From the NCBI GenBank assembly GCA_938006875.1, contig CALLMJ010000091.1:13177-77176 (forward strand): 64,000 bases of DNA, given 5' to 3'. A program made the position numbers and the translations under genes. Position 1 is the stretch's first letter; each line of letters starts with the position of its first letter. The notes beneath the pieces were generated by a model. The model ran no database searches, was not told the origin of the DNA, and was given only the letters and a program-made list of their open reading frames with translations. Source of the stretch: an uncultured Bacteroidia bacterium. GTDB lineage: Bacteria; Bacteroidota; Bacteroidia; J057; CALLMJ01. This document shows positions 39,301-47,185 of the stretch, piece after piece.

Positions 39301-41339
39301 ATCCTTATATAACTTGCAATGATTCTGCGAACTGGCGAGCTTCTGTGGACACACGAGGTGGTACGCCTAATGAACAAAATTCTATCTTTGGACAAATTCA
39401 AGATGTGCTTCCTCCCAATATTTTTAACGCTTTTGTAGAGTTACCCAGCACTATTTATGTTATTTTTAACGAAACATTTGACCCTTCCTTGTGGGATATT
39501 TCAGATTTTGATTTACAAGGATTTGGAAATCCCATTTCTTATTCAACTGCGGATAATCCCACGTTAAAACTTACTTTTTCTAATACTTTTGTACAAGGGA
39601 CTATTTATACGTTGAATATTCAAAAAGTAAAAGATTGTGTGGGAAATCAAGCCAATAATTTAAGTATTCAAGTTGGAATACCCATACCAGCAGATTTTAA
39701 CGATGTAATTATCAATGAAATTATGGCAGACCCTGACCCCATTGTGGGTTTACCAGAAGTGGAGTACGTAGAAATTTATAACCGTTCAAACAAAATTTTA
39801 GATGTCTCCGAATGGACTTTATCCGATAACCTTTCAAATGGTAAATTTCCCCAAAATAGCATTATTATGCCTAATTCTTATTGGTTATTATGTTCTAACA
39901 GTGCAAGTAATGAATTAAAAAACTTAGGTAATACATTTGCTTTAAGCAGTTTTCCAGGGCTAAATAATAGTGGCGAATTAATTACATTACGTGATAGAGA
40001 TGGAAATCTCATTGATTTTGTGTTTTATAAGGATAGTTGGTATCGTGATGAAATAAAGAAAAACGGTGGTTGGTCATTAGAAAGAATAGACCCTAACTCA
40101 TGCGTCGTAGAAGAAAATTGGAGAGCCTCTATGGACATTACCGGTGGAACCCCTGGACGTATCAATTCTATTTTTGGTCAAATTTTAGATACCATTCCCC
40201 CAAAAATTCAGGAAATCAAACTTATTAATAAAACTACTATCCTAGTGGTTTTTAATGAAAAAATGAATGAAACCGATTTAGAAAATCTACAACTTTATGA
40301 TTTACAACCCAGTATAGGACAACCAGCTCATGTTATTTCCAATTTTGAAAAAAATCAAATAGAGCTTATTTTTCCTTTTGAATTGGATAGCAACCGTGTT
40401 TATACCTTGAATATCAATAATATAAAAGATTGTTCTGGTAACCTTTCAGCTCTTTTAAGTGGAGAAGTTGCTGTACCCATTTCTGCTCAAAAAGGGGATA
40501 TTATTCTCAATGAAATTTTATATGAGCCACGCACAGGCGGAAAAAGATATATAGAAATTTATAACAAAACCAACCAATGGTTAGATATAAGCAATTGGAA
40601 AATTGGACGTGCTAATGATGCTGATGAAGTGTATCAATCCGTAAAAATTCCTGATTATTTGGTCATTAGACCTTATGGACATATGGCTTTCACTCAAGAT
40701 ACTTTTAACATTAAACAAGAATATAACCCTCCTGTTCACGCTGTTTTGGTGCAATTAAGTAAAAGTATTCCAGCATATGACAGTAAATCAGATAAAGTGG
40801 TTTTAATGAATTCCCAAGATGTAAGAATAGATGAAGTTCGTTACAGCCGTGATTGGCATTATAACGACTTAGTAACTCGTAGAGGTGTTGCCTTAGAGCG
40901 TTTAAGTCCAGACCAACCTTCCCAAAGTGAATCCAATTGGTTTTCAGCAAGTTCTATTGTTCGTTATGGTACACCTGGCTATAAAAATTCTCAATCTTAT
41001 AGACCAGAAAATCAAGATAAAACCTTTTACATAAACCCTAAAATATTTTCACCAGACTTTGATGGTTTTGATGATGTTTTGGCATTACATTATGAATTCC
41101 CCCAAAATGATAACAACATTCGTATTACCATTTTTGATAGTGAAGGAAGAATTATCAAAATATTGAAAAACAATTTATTAGTAGGTAACGAACCCGGTTA
41201 CTTTTTATGGGACGGAACTGATGATTCAGGAAGAGTGGTTCAAATTGGTACTTACATTGCAGTTTTGGAAGTAGTGAATATTGGAACAGGCGAAAAGAAA
41301 TCATATAAAGCGGCTTTTGTGGTAGCAAAAAAGAAATGA
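36357..41339 (+). CDS. Giant (1660 aa) secreted protein with five lamin-tail-domain (LTD) modules alternating with Ig-like modules and a C-terminal FlgD-Ig/T9SS-like domain
   Basis: Signal peptide MKKTLFWLLYFIPFFNFAQ. The LTD core motif (V/I)INE(F/L/I)MADPDP..GLP..E(F/Y)(V/I)E(L/I)(F/Y)N occurs four times, plus a diverged fifth copy (ILNEILYEP...YIEIYNKT). The C-terminus is FSPDFDGFDDVLALHY...ITIFDSEGRIIKIL...WDGTDDSGRVVQIGTYIAVLEV. Confidence 0.85.
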   Translation: MKKTLFWLLYFIPFFNFAQVTDDFSDGDFTNNPTWIGDVSEFIVNGNFQLQSNGPAASATLYLSTSSTYANNCEWRFWVRCAFNPSTTNLARIYLISDQANLEGSLNGYYIQIGGITGNADAIDLFRQDGNTRTKIISGIPGNAGANDNILGIRVIRDASGNWSVYSDITGGTNYQLEGNATDNTYSTSAFMGIVCVHTATRNTSFYYDDFYAGPIIVDTTPPSVNALNVIDANTLRVIFSEGVTPVTAQNVSNYSANNGLGNPASANLINATTVELVFSNSFVDGLQNTLTVQNISDYASNLMPSPQNIDFTYFAPAVAVEYDVVFNELMADPDPQVALPNQEFIEIYNRSNKNLNLQNWTLSDLSSTVTLPNYILAPNSYLILCANAHVSLFSGYGPTLGLSSLPSLNNSSDVFTLKNQNGDVIDVVAYFDSWYKDPIKKNGGWTLERISYDNFCRDSANWAASVNLNGGTPGVQNSIFNQFTDILPPQLVSVSLQDPQTIVLNLNESIDSVDALNFNKYLVNNGIGNPQSVQITNKLKTLILTFANALQPSVIYELTVTNLKDCIGNVNNSLTVNLGIPEPANPNDVVINEFMADPDPVIGLPNQEFVELFNASNKIIDLGGWKFADASTQVTLNSFLLLPNSYVILTSTANANLFISYGNVLGVGSLPSLNNTSDDLYLYDNNDVLISTVSYKDSWYRDPLKKNGGWTLERVSPFITCNDSANWRVSENPQGGTPGAQNSIFNQFTDILPPQPLGITVINPNIIQLNLNESVDIADASNPNKYVINNGIGIAQSVNILNNGTTLELIFSNTLQPNVLYELVVNNLRDCIGNINNYFTMILGIPEPANPNDVVINEFMADPDPVIGLPNQEFVELFNASNKIIDLGGWRFTDGSSNVNLPSYLLMPNTYVLLTSTSNVNLFTPYGNVLGVGSLPSLNNSGDDLALYDANDNLISQVKYRDSWYQDNIKKAGGWTLERVNPYITCNDSANWRASVDTRGGTPNEQNSIFGQIQDVLPPNIFNAFVELPSTIYVIFNETFDPSLWDISDFDLQGFGNPISYSTADNPTLKLTFSNTFVQGTIYTLNIQKVKDCVGNQANNLSIQVGIPIPADFNDVIINEIMADPDPIVGLPEVEYVEIYNRSNKILDVSEWTLSDNLSNGKFPQNSIIMPNSYWLLCSNSASNELKNLGNTFALSSFPGLNNSGELITLRDRDGNLIDFVFYKDSWYRDEIKKNGGWSLERIDPNSCVVEENWRASMDITGGTPGRINSIFGQILDTIPPKIQEIKLINKTTILVVFNEKMNETDLENLQLYDLQPSIGQPAHVISNFEKNQIELIFPFELDSNRVYTLNINNIKDCSGNLSALLSGEVAVPISAQKGDIILNEILYEPRTGGKRYIEIYNKTNQWLDISNWKIGRANDADEVYQSVKIPDYLVIRPYGHMAFTQDTFNIKQEYNPPVHAVLVQLSKSIPAYDSKSDKVVLMNSQDVRIDEVRYSRDWHYNDLVTRRGVALERLSPDQPSQSESNWFSASSIVRYGTPGYKNSQSYRPENQDKTFYINPKIFSPDFDGFDDVLALHYEFPQNDNNIRITIFDSEGRIIKILKNNLLVGNEPGYFLWDGTDDSGRVVQIGTYIAVLEVVNIGTGEKKSYKAAFVVAKKK
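38094..39027 (+). repeat. Intragenic 795-nt-period duplication inside the LTD gene, with an almost identical tract of about 140 nt
   Basis: 38094-38232 and 38889-39027 differ at only about 3 positions by eye (GGTATTCCAGAACC[A/T]GCAAATCCCAATGATGTTGTAATCAATGAATTCATGGCTGACCCTGACCCC...). The flanking module sequence is clearly more diverged. Confidence 0.9.
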
Positions 41340-41361
41340 TAGAAAAAAACGCATTCTTTGG

Positions 41362-41390
41362 CTGCGAAGTGGTAGCGAAACCATAAACAA
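41362..41390. repeat. Short fragment related to the GC-rich intergenic elements (copy C)
   Basis: CTGCGAAGTGGTAGCGAAACCATAAACAA combines CTGCGAAG (compare 36178-36185) with GGTAGC..GAAACCATAA (compare GGTAGCAACGCAAACCATAAGAA at 33179-33201). Confidence 0.4.
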
Positions 41391-41451
41391 TAATCTATAT
41401 TTTATTTGCAACTCAATTGCAATTGCAATAATTTTGTAAAAAAAACGAAAA

Positions 41452-43773
41452 TTGGTAAAACTTCTTGTTTGCTTATGTTTTCTTTGGGGTTCTTTAAGTT
41501 TCGCTCAATTAAGAATAAAAGGTTCTGTTCAAGATGAACAAAATTTGCCACTGCCTAATACCAAAATTTGGTTACATGAACTCAATAAAGGTGTGCTGTC
41601 GGATTTAAAAGGGAATTTCGAAATTCTCATTCAAAAAAAAGGAAATTATCATTTGCATATTACATTTTTAGGTTACAAATCCAAAATTTTAGAATTTTAC
41701 TTAGAAAAAGATACTTTTCTCAATATTCAGTTATTCCCGAGCCAATTAGAACTAAAAGATGTAGTAATTGAATCCAATATTCAAAAAATATTGATTCAAG
41801 AAAGTTCTCAAGATTTAGCGATTATTACTCAAGATTTTGTAATTAAAAGAAATTTTGATAATTTATTAAAAAGTTTAGACAGAATAGCAGGTATCAATAC
41901 TATAAACATAGGAGTAGGAGCTTCAAAACCAGTTATTAGAGGGTTAAGTTTCAATAGGATAGTGGTTGCGGAAAATGGTATTAAACAAGAAGGACAACAA
42001 TGGGGTGGTGACCATGGATTAGAAATTGATGGATTTAATTTTGATGAAATAGAAATTTTGAAAGGTCCTTCTGCTTTATTTTATGGTTCTGATGCGATGG
42101 GAGGTGTTATTCATATTCAACAAAAGCCCCCTGCTCATGAAGGTATATATTTACATACTTTACAAGGCTATCGTTCTAATAATCAATCTATTTTTCAAAG
42201 TTCTTATGTTGCCTATAAAAAAAATCATTTTTCTTTACAGTTTCGTCATACTTACCAAAACTACGGAGATTATGGAGTTCCATCGGATAGTTTTATTTAT
42301 AATTCGTATGTTTTGCCCATAGAAAACCAAAGATTAAAAAATACTAGTGGCAGGGAATGGAATCAAATGATACGTATGGGTTATCATGGAAATGCAATCA
42401 ATAGCTTTGTTACGGTAAGTCACTTTTACCAGAACTTAGGTTTTTTTTCAGGAGCATTTGGCATTCCTACTGCATATAACGTCAAACAAGATGGTAATTT
42501 TAGAAATATTGGGTTGCCTTATCAAAATATTCAACATTTAAAAGTCCAGTCTAATAATCAAATTTTAATAGGTAAAGATTGGTTAGAAATGGATGCCGCT
42601 TGGCAACAAAATTATAGAAAAGAATTTTCCAAAGCACATTCTCATGGTCAAAATACAACAGATAGCCTTGCATTAGGTCTTTTGTTAAATACCTTTTCAG
42701 CGAATTTACGCTACTTTAAAAAATGGAGTCAATGGAAATGGGTTTCAGGAATGAGCCAACAATATCAAAAAAATCATATCAGCGGATTTGAATATTTAAT
42801 TCCTAATTTTCAACGTTTTCAAATAGGATTTTTTCAATTTTTGCAATATAAAAAAAATGAAAATTGGATATTTAACACAGGTGCAAGAGTTGATTATGGT
42901 AATGATGAACTTCAAGAAGCCTATGTAGATTTTTATCGTAGAGGGGTTTATTTAGGAAAGCAATTAAGAAGTCCTTTCATTCATAGAAATTATTGGAATT
43001 ATAGTTTTGCAATAGGTTTATCTTGGTTTATAACTGAAAAATGGAACCTTAAATATAATTTTGGAACTGATTTTCGTTATCCAGCGCCTTCTGAGCTAGC
43101 CTCTAATGGTGTTCATCACGGTACTTTTCGCCATGAAATGGGAAATCCTAATTTACTACCCGAAAAAGGTTATCAAAATGATTTAACCATTCACTATGAA
43201 AATTCTAAATGGGAGTTTAAATTATCGGGATTTGCTTCCTATTTTTCTAATTACATTTATTTGTCGCCTACGTCCAGATTTTCAACTCTACCAGAAGGTG
43301 GACAAGTGTATCAATATTTACAAAATGATGCCATTTTATGGGGTGGTGAAATTTTTATGGATTACCATTTTATTGAAGATTTACATGCAAGTATCAGTGG
43401 TGATTTTGCTTGGGGCCAAAATTGGGTTCAAGATAGACCTCTGCCTTTTATGCCTCAACCCTCCATTTTAAGCCATTTAGAATATATCCCCAAATTCTTA
43501 AATCCTTATAAAACAGAATTCTGGATTGAACATCGTTATGCTTTCCCTCAATACCGTGTAGTCATCAATGAACCTGAAACCCCAGCTTTTCATTTGTGGA
43601 ATTTGGGTATTCAGTCTCAAAAAAAATTAAAAACACAAAGTTTAAGTTTAGGTTTTCAAATTCAAAATGTATTGAATACTAAATATTTTTATCATTTAAG
43701 CAAATACCGTTTATTAAACATATACGAACCTGCCAGAAATTTTGTAATTCAATTACAATGGAAATGGAATTAA
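41452..43773 (+). CDS. TonB-dependent receptor with a CarboxypepD_reg N-terminal domain (TTG start as listed in the track)
   Basis: Signal peptide. GSVQDEQNLPLPNTKIWL (CarboxypepD_reg). Plug region IRGLSFNRIVVAENGIKQEGQQWGGDHG and EILKGPSALFYGSDAMGGVIHI. The barrel ends ...QLQWKWN. Confidence 0.85.
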   Translation: MVKLLVCLCFLWGSLSFAQLRIKGSVQDEQNLPLPNTKIWLHELNKGVLSDLKGNFEILIQKKGNYHLHITFLGYKSKILEFYLEKDTFLNIQLFPSQLELKDVVIESNIQKILIQESSQDLAIITQDFVIKRNFDNLLKSLDRIAGINTINIGVGASKPVIRGLSFNRIVVAENGIKQEGQQWGGDHGLEIDGFNFDEIEILKGPSALFYGSDAMGGVIHIQQKPPAHEGIYLHTLQGYRSNNQSIFQSSYVAYKKNHFSLQFRHTYQNYGDYGVPSDSFIYNSYVLPIENQRLKNTSGREWNQMIRMGYHGNAINSFVTVSHFYQNLGFFSGAFGIPTAYNVKQDGNFRNIGLPYQNIQHLKVQSNNQILIGKDWLEMDAAWQQNYRKEFSKAHSHGQNTTDSLALGLLLNTFSANLRYFKKWSQWKWVSGMSQQYQKNHISGFEYLIPNFQRFQIGFFQFLQYKKNENWIFNTGARVDYGNDELQEAYVDFYRRGVYLGKQLRSPFIHRNYWNYSFAIGLSWFITEKWNLKYNFGTDFRYPAPSELASNGVHHGTFRHEMGNPNLLPEKGYQNDLTIHYENSKWEFKLSGFASYFSNYIYLSPTSRFSTLPEGGQVYQYLQNDAILWGGEIFMDYHFIEDLHASISGDFAWGQNWVQDRPLPFMPQPSILSHLEYIPKFLNPYKTEFWIEHRYAFPQYRVVINEPETPAFHLWNLGIQSQKKLKTQSLSLGFQIQNVLNTKYFYHLSKYRLLNIYEPARNFVIQLQWKWN

Positions 43774-43816
43774 AGGGATAATAATTTGAGCCTGCACTAA
43801 TCTATATTTCTATTTT

Positions 43817-45424
43817 CTACTGCTTTAAAAACTGTATACTTTCTAATGTTTGATTCAAATGGTAAACATTAAAAATATAACACCCTGATGATAACCAACT
43901 TAAATCTATTTCAAAGGACTTTTGGTTCTTGGTATCCCACCTACTTAAAATTCTGCCTTGTAGGTCTATAAGTTCTAATTTTTCCATAGCGTTTGAGGTT
44001 AATACAGTGGTAAGGTTTTGAACGGGATTAGGAAAAATAACGTCAGAATTTTGAGTAAATAAAGTAGATGGATACTCTGTATGAGTAAGTATGCTACAAT
44101 AATTATAATGTTCTCCATGACTTGATGTATCAATAATAATATTTTCATCACCTTGCATGTAATAAGTAAAAGTGAAAAAGTTCAACATCATTTCGTCTGT
44201 TGTAGCTTCACCAGCAGTTACATTTTGTGGAGGATTATTAGGGTTAAAAGGATTATTGGAAGTATTATCATAAAATGCTTTGGACCATAAAACAGTCTGT
44301 TTAGGAACTTTTATGGGTTTTTGAAAAAAATAATTTCCTTGCCATGAAAAATTCCAATTGTTAATACGTATAAAATTTATGGTATCTCCATTAGGTTTTA
44401 CTCCATAAGTTTGAATTGATCTTCCAATGAGGTGCATATGAGGAGCAACCGCAAAAACACTTAAATCTATTTGATTCGGAACGGTAAATTTTTCAATAAA
44501 AAGTTTAGTGCTATCCGCAGGAATAAATAAGGGACCATTTTGAAGGCTATTGGATCCATGATTAAGAGGGGATTGTGTAATTAATTCCCGAGCAGAACCA
44601 GAAGAAAACTTAAATTGAATACGTGTAGAATCTACTTGCCCAATAGAACCTGCTGGATAATGAATTTGTAGTACAATTACAGAATTCGGGTCTAATTTAT
44701 AACCAAAACCATTAGGAGCTTTGAATTTTAACTCACCAGGTGCCCAAACTCCGATGAGTTTATAATTTGCTGAATTAGAAGGCTGATTAAATCCTGGATT
44801 AGGATCATTGGCTTGGTCATTTAATGAATTACCAGTAGGGTCTAAGAATATCAATACATGATGAACTATTTCAGGATTACCCGGTAAAATTTCCCATTCA
44901 TTAATGTACTTTACAGTGGAGAAATTGGTAGGAATAGCAAAATAACGATAAACATCCTTGTTAGAAGCATTAGAAGTAAAAGTTTGAATTTTATCGGAAA
45001 AATCAGGATTTTGAATTAAACCTTGTAAGGAATAAGAAGGTGGTGTAGGTGTATTTGCAGGATTACCTTGAGGAGTACCATTATTCACCCAGTCTCTGAT
45101 AGCTTGTATTTCTTGTTGTGATAATGTAGGGTCATAAGCATATTTTTGATACGTATTATCAGGTGGCCAGGGTGGCATTTCTGTTGACAAATGGTGGGTT
45201 TTATTACTTGCTCCTTCCACCATATTTAAAATTGCTTGGGCATAATTGGCTGTTTGTGTATAATCCATGAGACTGATTGGTCCAATACCTCCTGGATGAT
45301 GGCATTTTGTGCAGTGTGAATAAATTATACATGCAATATCGTCTGAGTAAGTCGGTACTTGTGCTTTCAAAAATGGAAGACTTAAAAACCCTAAAAAATA
45401 ACAAATAATAATAATCTTTTTCAT
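43817..45424 (-). CDS. Secreted fusion protein: N-terminal c-type haem-binding motif domain, then a copper type II (PHM/DBH-like) monooxygenase-like domain, then a T9SS type-A C-terminal sorting domain
   Basis: Start taken at the ATG at 45424 (MKKIIIICYFLGFLSLPFLKAQ). It has CTKCHH (CxxCH) followed by MPPWPPD...IRDWV. His/Met pattern: VHHVLIF, LQIHYP, PHMHLIGRS, TTDEMM, which parallels the HH...H / HxH...M copper ligands of peptidylglycine monooxygenase. The CTD is FPNPVQNLTTVL...LELIDLQGRIL...GCYIFNV. Confidence 0.6.
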   Translation of the reverse strand: MKKIIIICYFLGFLSLPFLKAQVPTYSDDIACIIYSHCTKCHHPGGIGPISLMDYTQTANYAQAILNMVEGASNKTHHLSTEMPPWPPDNTYQKYAYDPTLSQQEIQAIRDWVNNGTPQGNPANTPTPPSYSLQGLIQNPDFSDKIQTFTSNASNKDVYRYFAIPTNFSTVKYINEWEILPGNPEIVHHVLIFLDPTGNSLNDQANDPNPGFNQPSNSANYKLIGVWAPGELKFKAPNGFGYKLDPNSVIVLQIHYPAGSIGQVDSTRIQFKFSSGSARELITQSPLNHGSNSLQNGPLFIPADSTKLFIEKFTVPNQIDLSVFAVAPHMHLIGRSIQTYGVKPNGDTINFIRINNWNFSWQGNYFFQKPIKVPKQTVLWSKAFYDNTSNNPFNPNNPPQNVTAGEATTDEMMLNFFTFTYYMQGDENIIIDTSSHGEHYNYCSILTHTEYPSTLFTQNSDVIFPNPVQNLTTVLTSNAMEKLELIDLQGRILSRWDTKNQKSFEIDLSWLSSGCYIFNVYHLNQTLESIQFLKQ

Positions 45425-45463
45425 AAAGCAATATTTTTCTTGCAAATTTAAAAAGGAATTGAA

Positions 45464-46522
45464 TTAAAAAATAAAAATTTTCCAAAAAGCGGAGAAAATC
45501 ACTAAAAATAATGAAATGGGTAATAAAACTTTCCATGAAAATTGAAGCAACTGGTCAGCTCTAAAACGAGGCCAACTCCAACGTATCCACATCATGATAA
45601 AAATTAAAATCAAGGATTTGGAAAATAGCCAAAAACTACTCCAAAACCCACCTCCATTCGTTATATCAAATAAATTGATGGATCCAAAATTTGGAAGAGG
45701 GCTATTCCAGCCACCCAAAAACATAATCACAGATAACAAACTGATAATTAACATATTCGCATATTCCGCTAACATAATGGTAGCAAATGCAAATCCTCCA
45801 TACTCCGTATGAAATCCAGCAATCAACTCGGATTCTGCTTCGGGAATATCAAAAGGGGCTCTATTGCATTCCGCTATCCCAGCAACAAAAAAAACAAAAA
45901 ATACGATTATCAAATGAGGATGCTGAAAAATTGACCATAAAAAAATACCTCCATAGTGCTTTGCGTTCCAAATACCCCAAACATAACCTTCTGTACTTTG
46001 CATGAAAATAATTTTTTCAATATTTAAAGTTCCATAAATTATAGCAACCGATAAAATAGCAAATCCTAATGGAATTTCATAAGCAATCATTTGGGAAATC
46101 GCCCTGATAGAACCGTATAGGGAATATTTATTGTTGCTCGCCCAACCTGCCATTAAAATGCCGATGACATCAATAGAAACCATAGTCATAACCCATAAAA
46201 TCGCTAAATTGATATTTGCATATAACCCAGATTGAGAAAACGGCAAAACAGCAAACCCTGCAAAAACAGAAGCAAAAATTAATAACGGTGCAATCCAAAA
46301 TAAAATTTTATCCGCAGAATCAGGAACAATTATTTCTTTTTGTAATAATTTTAGAATATCAGCAAAAGTTTGTAATGTTCCTTTGTATCCTACTTCGTCG
46401 GGCCCTACCCTATCCTGAATAAAAGCTGCAATTTTTCTTTCTGCATAAACTCCTAATAAAGCATAAATAGCTATAAATCCAAACGTTAGAGCAATTGGAG
46501 TTAATATATTGAGAATTTCCAA
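45464..46522 (-). CDS. nuoH: NADH-quinone oxidoreductase subunit H
   Basis: 352 aa. AERKIAAFIQDRVGPDEVGYKGTLQTFADILKLL and ECNRAPFDIPEAESELIAGFHTEYGG are the conserved NuoH/ND1 motifs. The start as listed is a TTG. Confidence 0.9.
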   Translation of the reverse strand: MEILNILTPIALTFGFIAIYALLGVYAERKIAAFIQDRVGPDEVGYKGTLQTFADILKLLQKEIIVPDSADKILFWIAPLLIFASVFAGFAVLPFSQSGLYANINLAILWVMTMVSIDVIGILMAGWASNNKYSLYGSIRAISQMIAYEIPLGFAILSVAIIYGTLNIEKIIFMQSTEGYVWGIWNAKHYGGIFLWSIFQHPHLIIVFFVFFVAGIAECNRAPFDIPEAESELIAGFHTEYGGFAFATIMLAEYANMLIISLLSVIMFLGGWNSPLPNFGSINLFDITNGGGFWSSFWLFSKSLILIFIMMWIRWSWPRFRADQLLQFSWKVLLPISLFLVIFSAFWKIFIF

Positions 46523-46799
46523 ATTTATGAAATGTTTGGCAAAAATAATGAAAAACTTCTAAATAAACAAAAAATACAATAAAGGAGTAAAACCCAACCC
46601 CGTTTAATCAGCTATCTGAAAATATTCCTTCAGAAATGCGGGGTTTTGATACCAATTGGGTGCAAACCACCTTTAATAATCCTACTGCCCAGTAAAGCTC
46701 CCCTCCTGCTGGAAATATATCTTTGAAGTTCGCTTCGTAAACGAAAGTAAAAATAAAAGTGATTTAATTTGGGAACAAATTTTGTATTTTTGTGGAAAA

Positions 46800-47171
46800 A
46801 TGATATTAAGAATCATAAAGCGAGTTTTTTTTGTTGTATTTATGTGCATTGTTTCTTTTACTTCTGCACAAATTGATTACGAATTTTTTATTGATATTCG
46901 TTTTAGGGGAGTACAAAAACCAGGAGTAATTTTTGAGGTCATAAAACCTATTTTAGATGAAGATGCTCTTGAAAACAATTTTAAATTAGAAAAATTAGAC
47001 ATCATCAAATACGATGAACCCGATAAACAAAATTTACTTTCAATTCGTCTTAAAATTATCTTTAACGAAGAAGGTGATGCCTGGCAATATTGTGGTGATT
47101 TAAAAAAAGACATTGCTACTGAGCTAATTAATCAAAAATTATCATTTTTAAAAATGGATTGTAGGTTTTAA
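46800..47171 (+). CDS. Small hypothetical exported protein; start taken at the ATG at 46800
   Basis: MILRIIKRVFFVVFMCIVSFTSAQ signal peptide. No recognised family. Confidence 0.5.
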   Translation: MILRIIKRVFFVVFMCIVSFTSAQIDYEFFIDIRFRGVQKPGVIFEVIKPILDEDALENNFKLEKLDIIKYDEPDKQNLLSIRLKIIFNEEGDAWQYCGDLKKDIATELINQKLSFLKMDCRF

Positions 47172-47185
47172 ATTGTTTTACTTAA

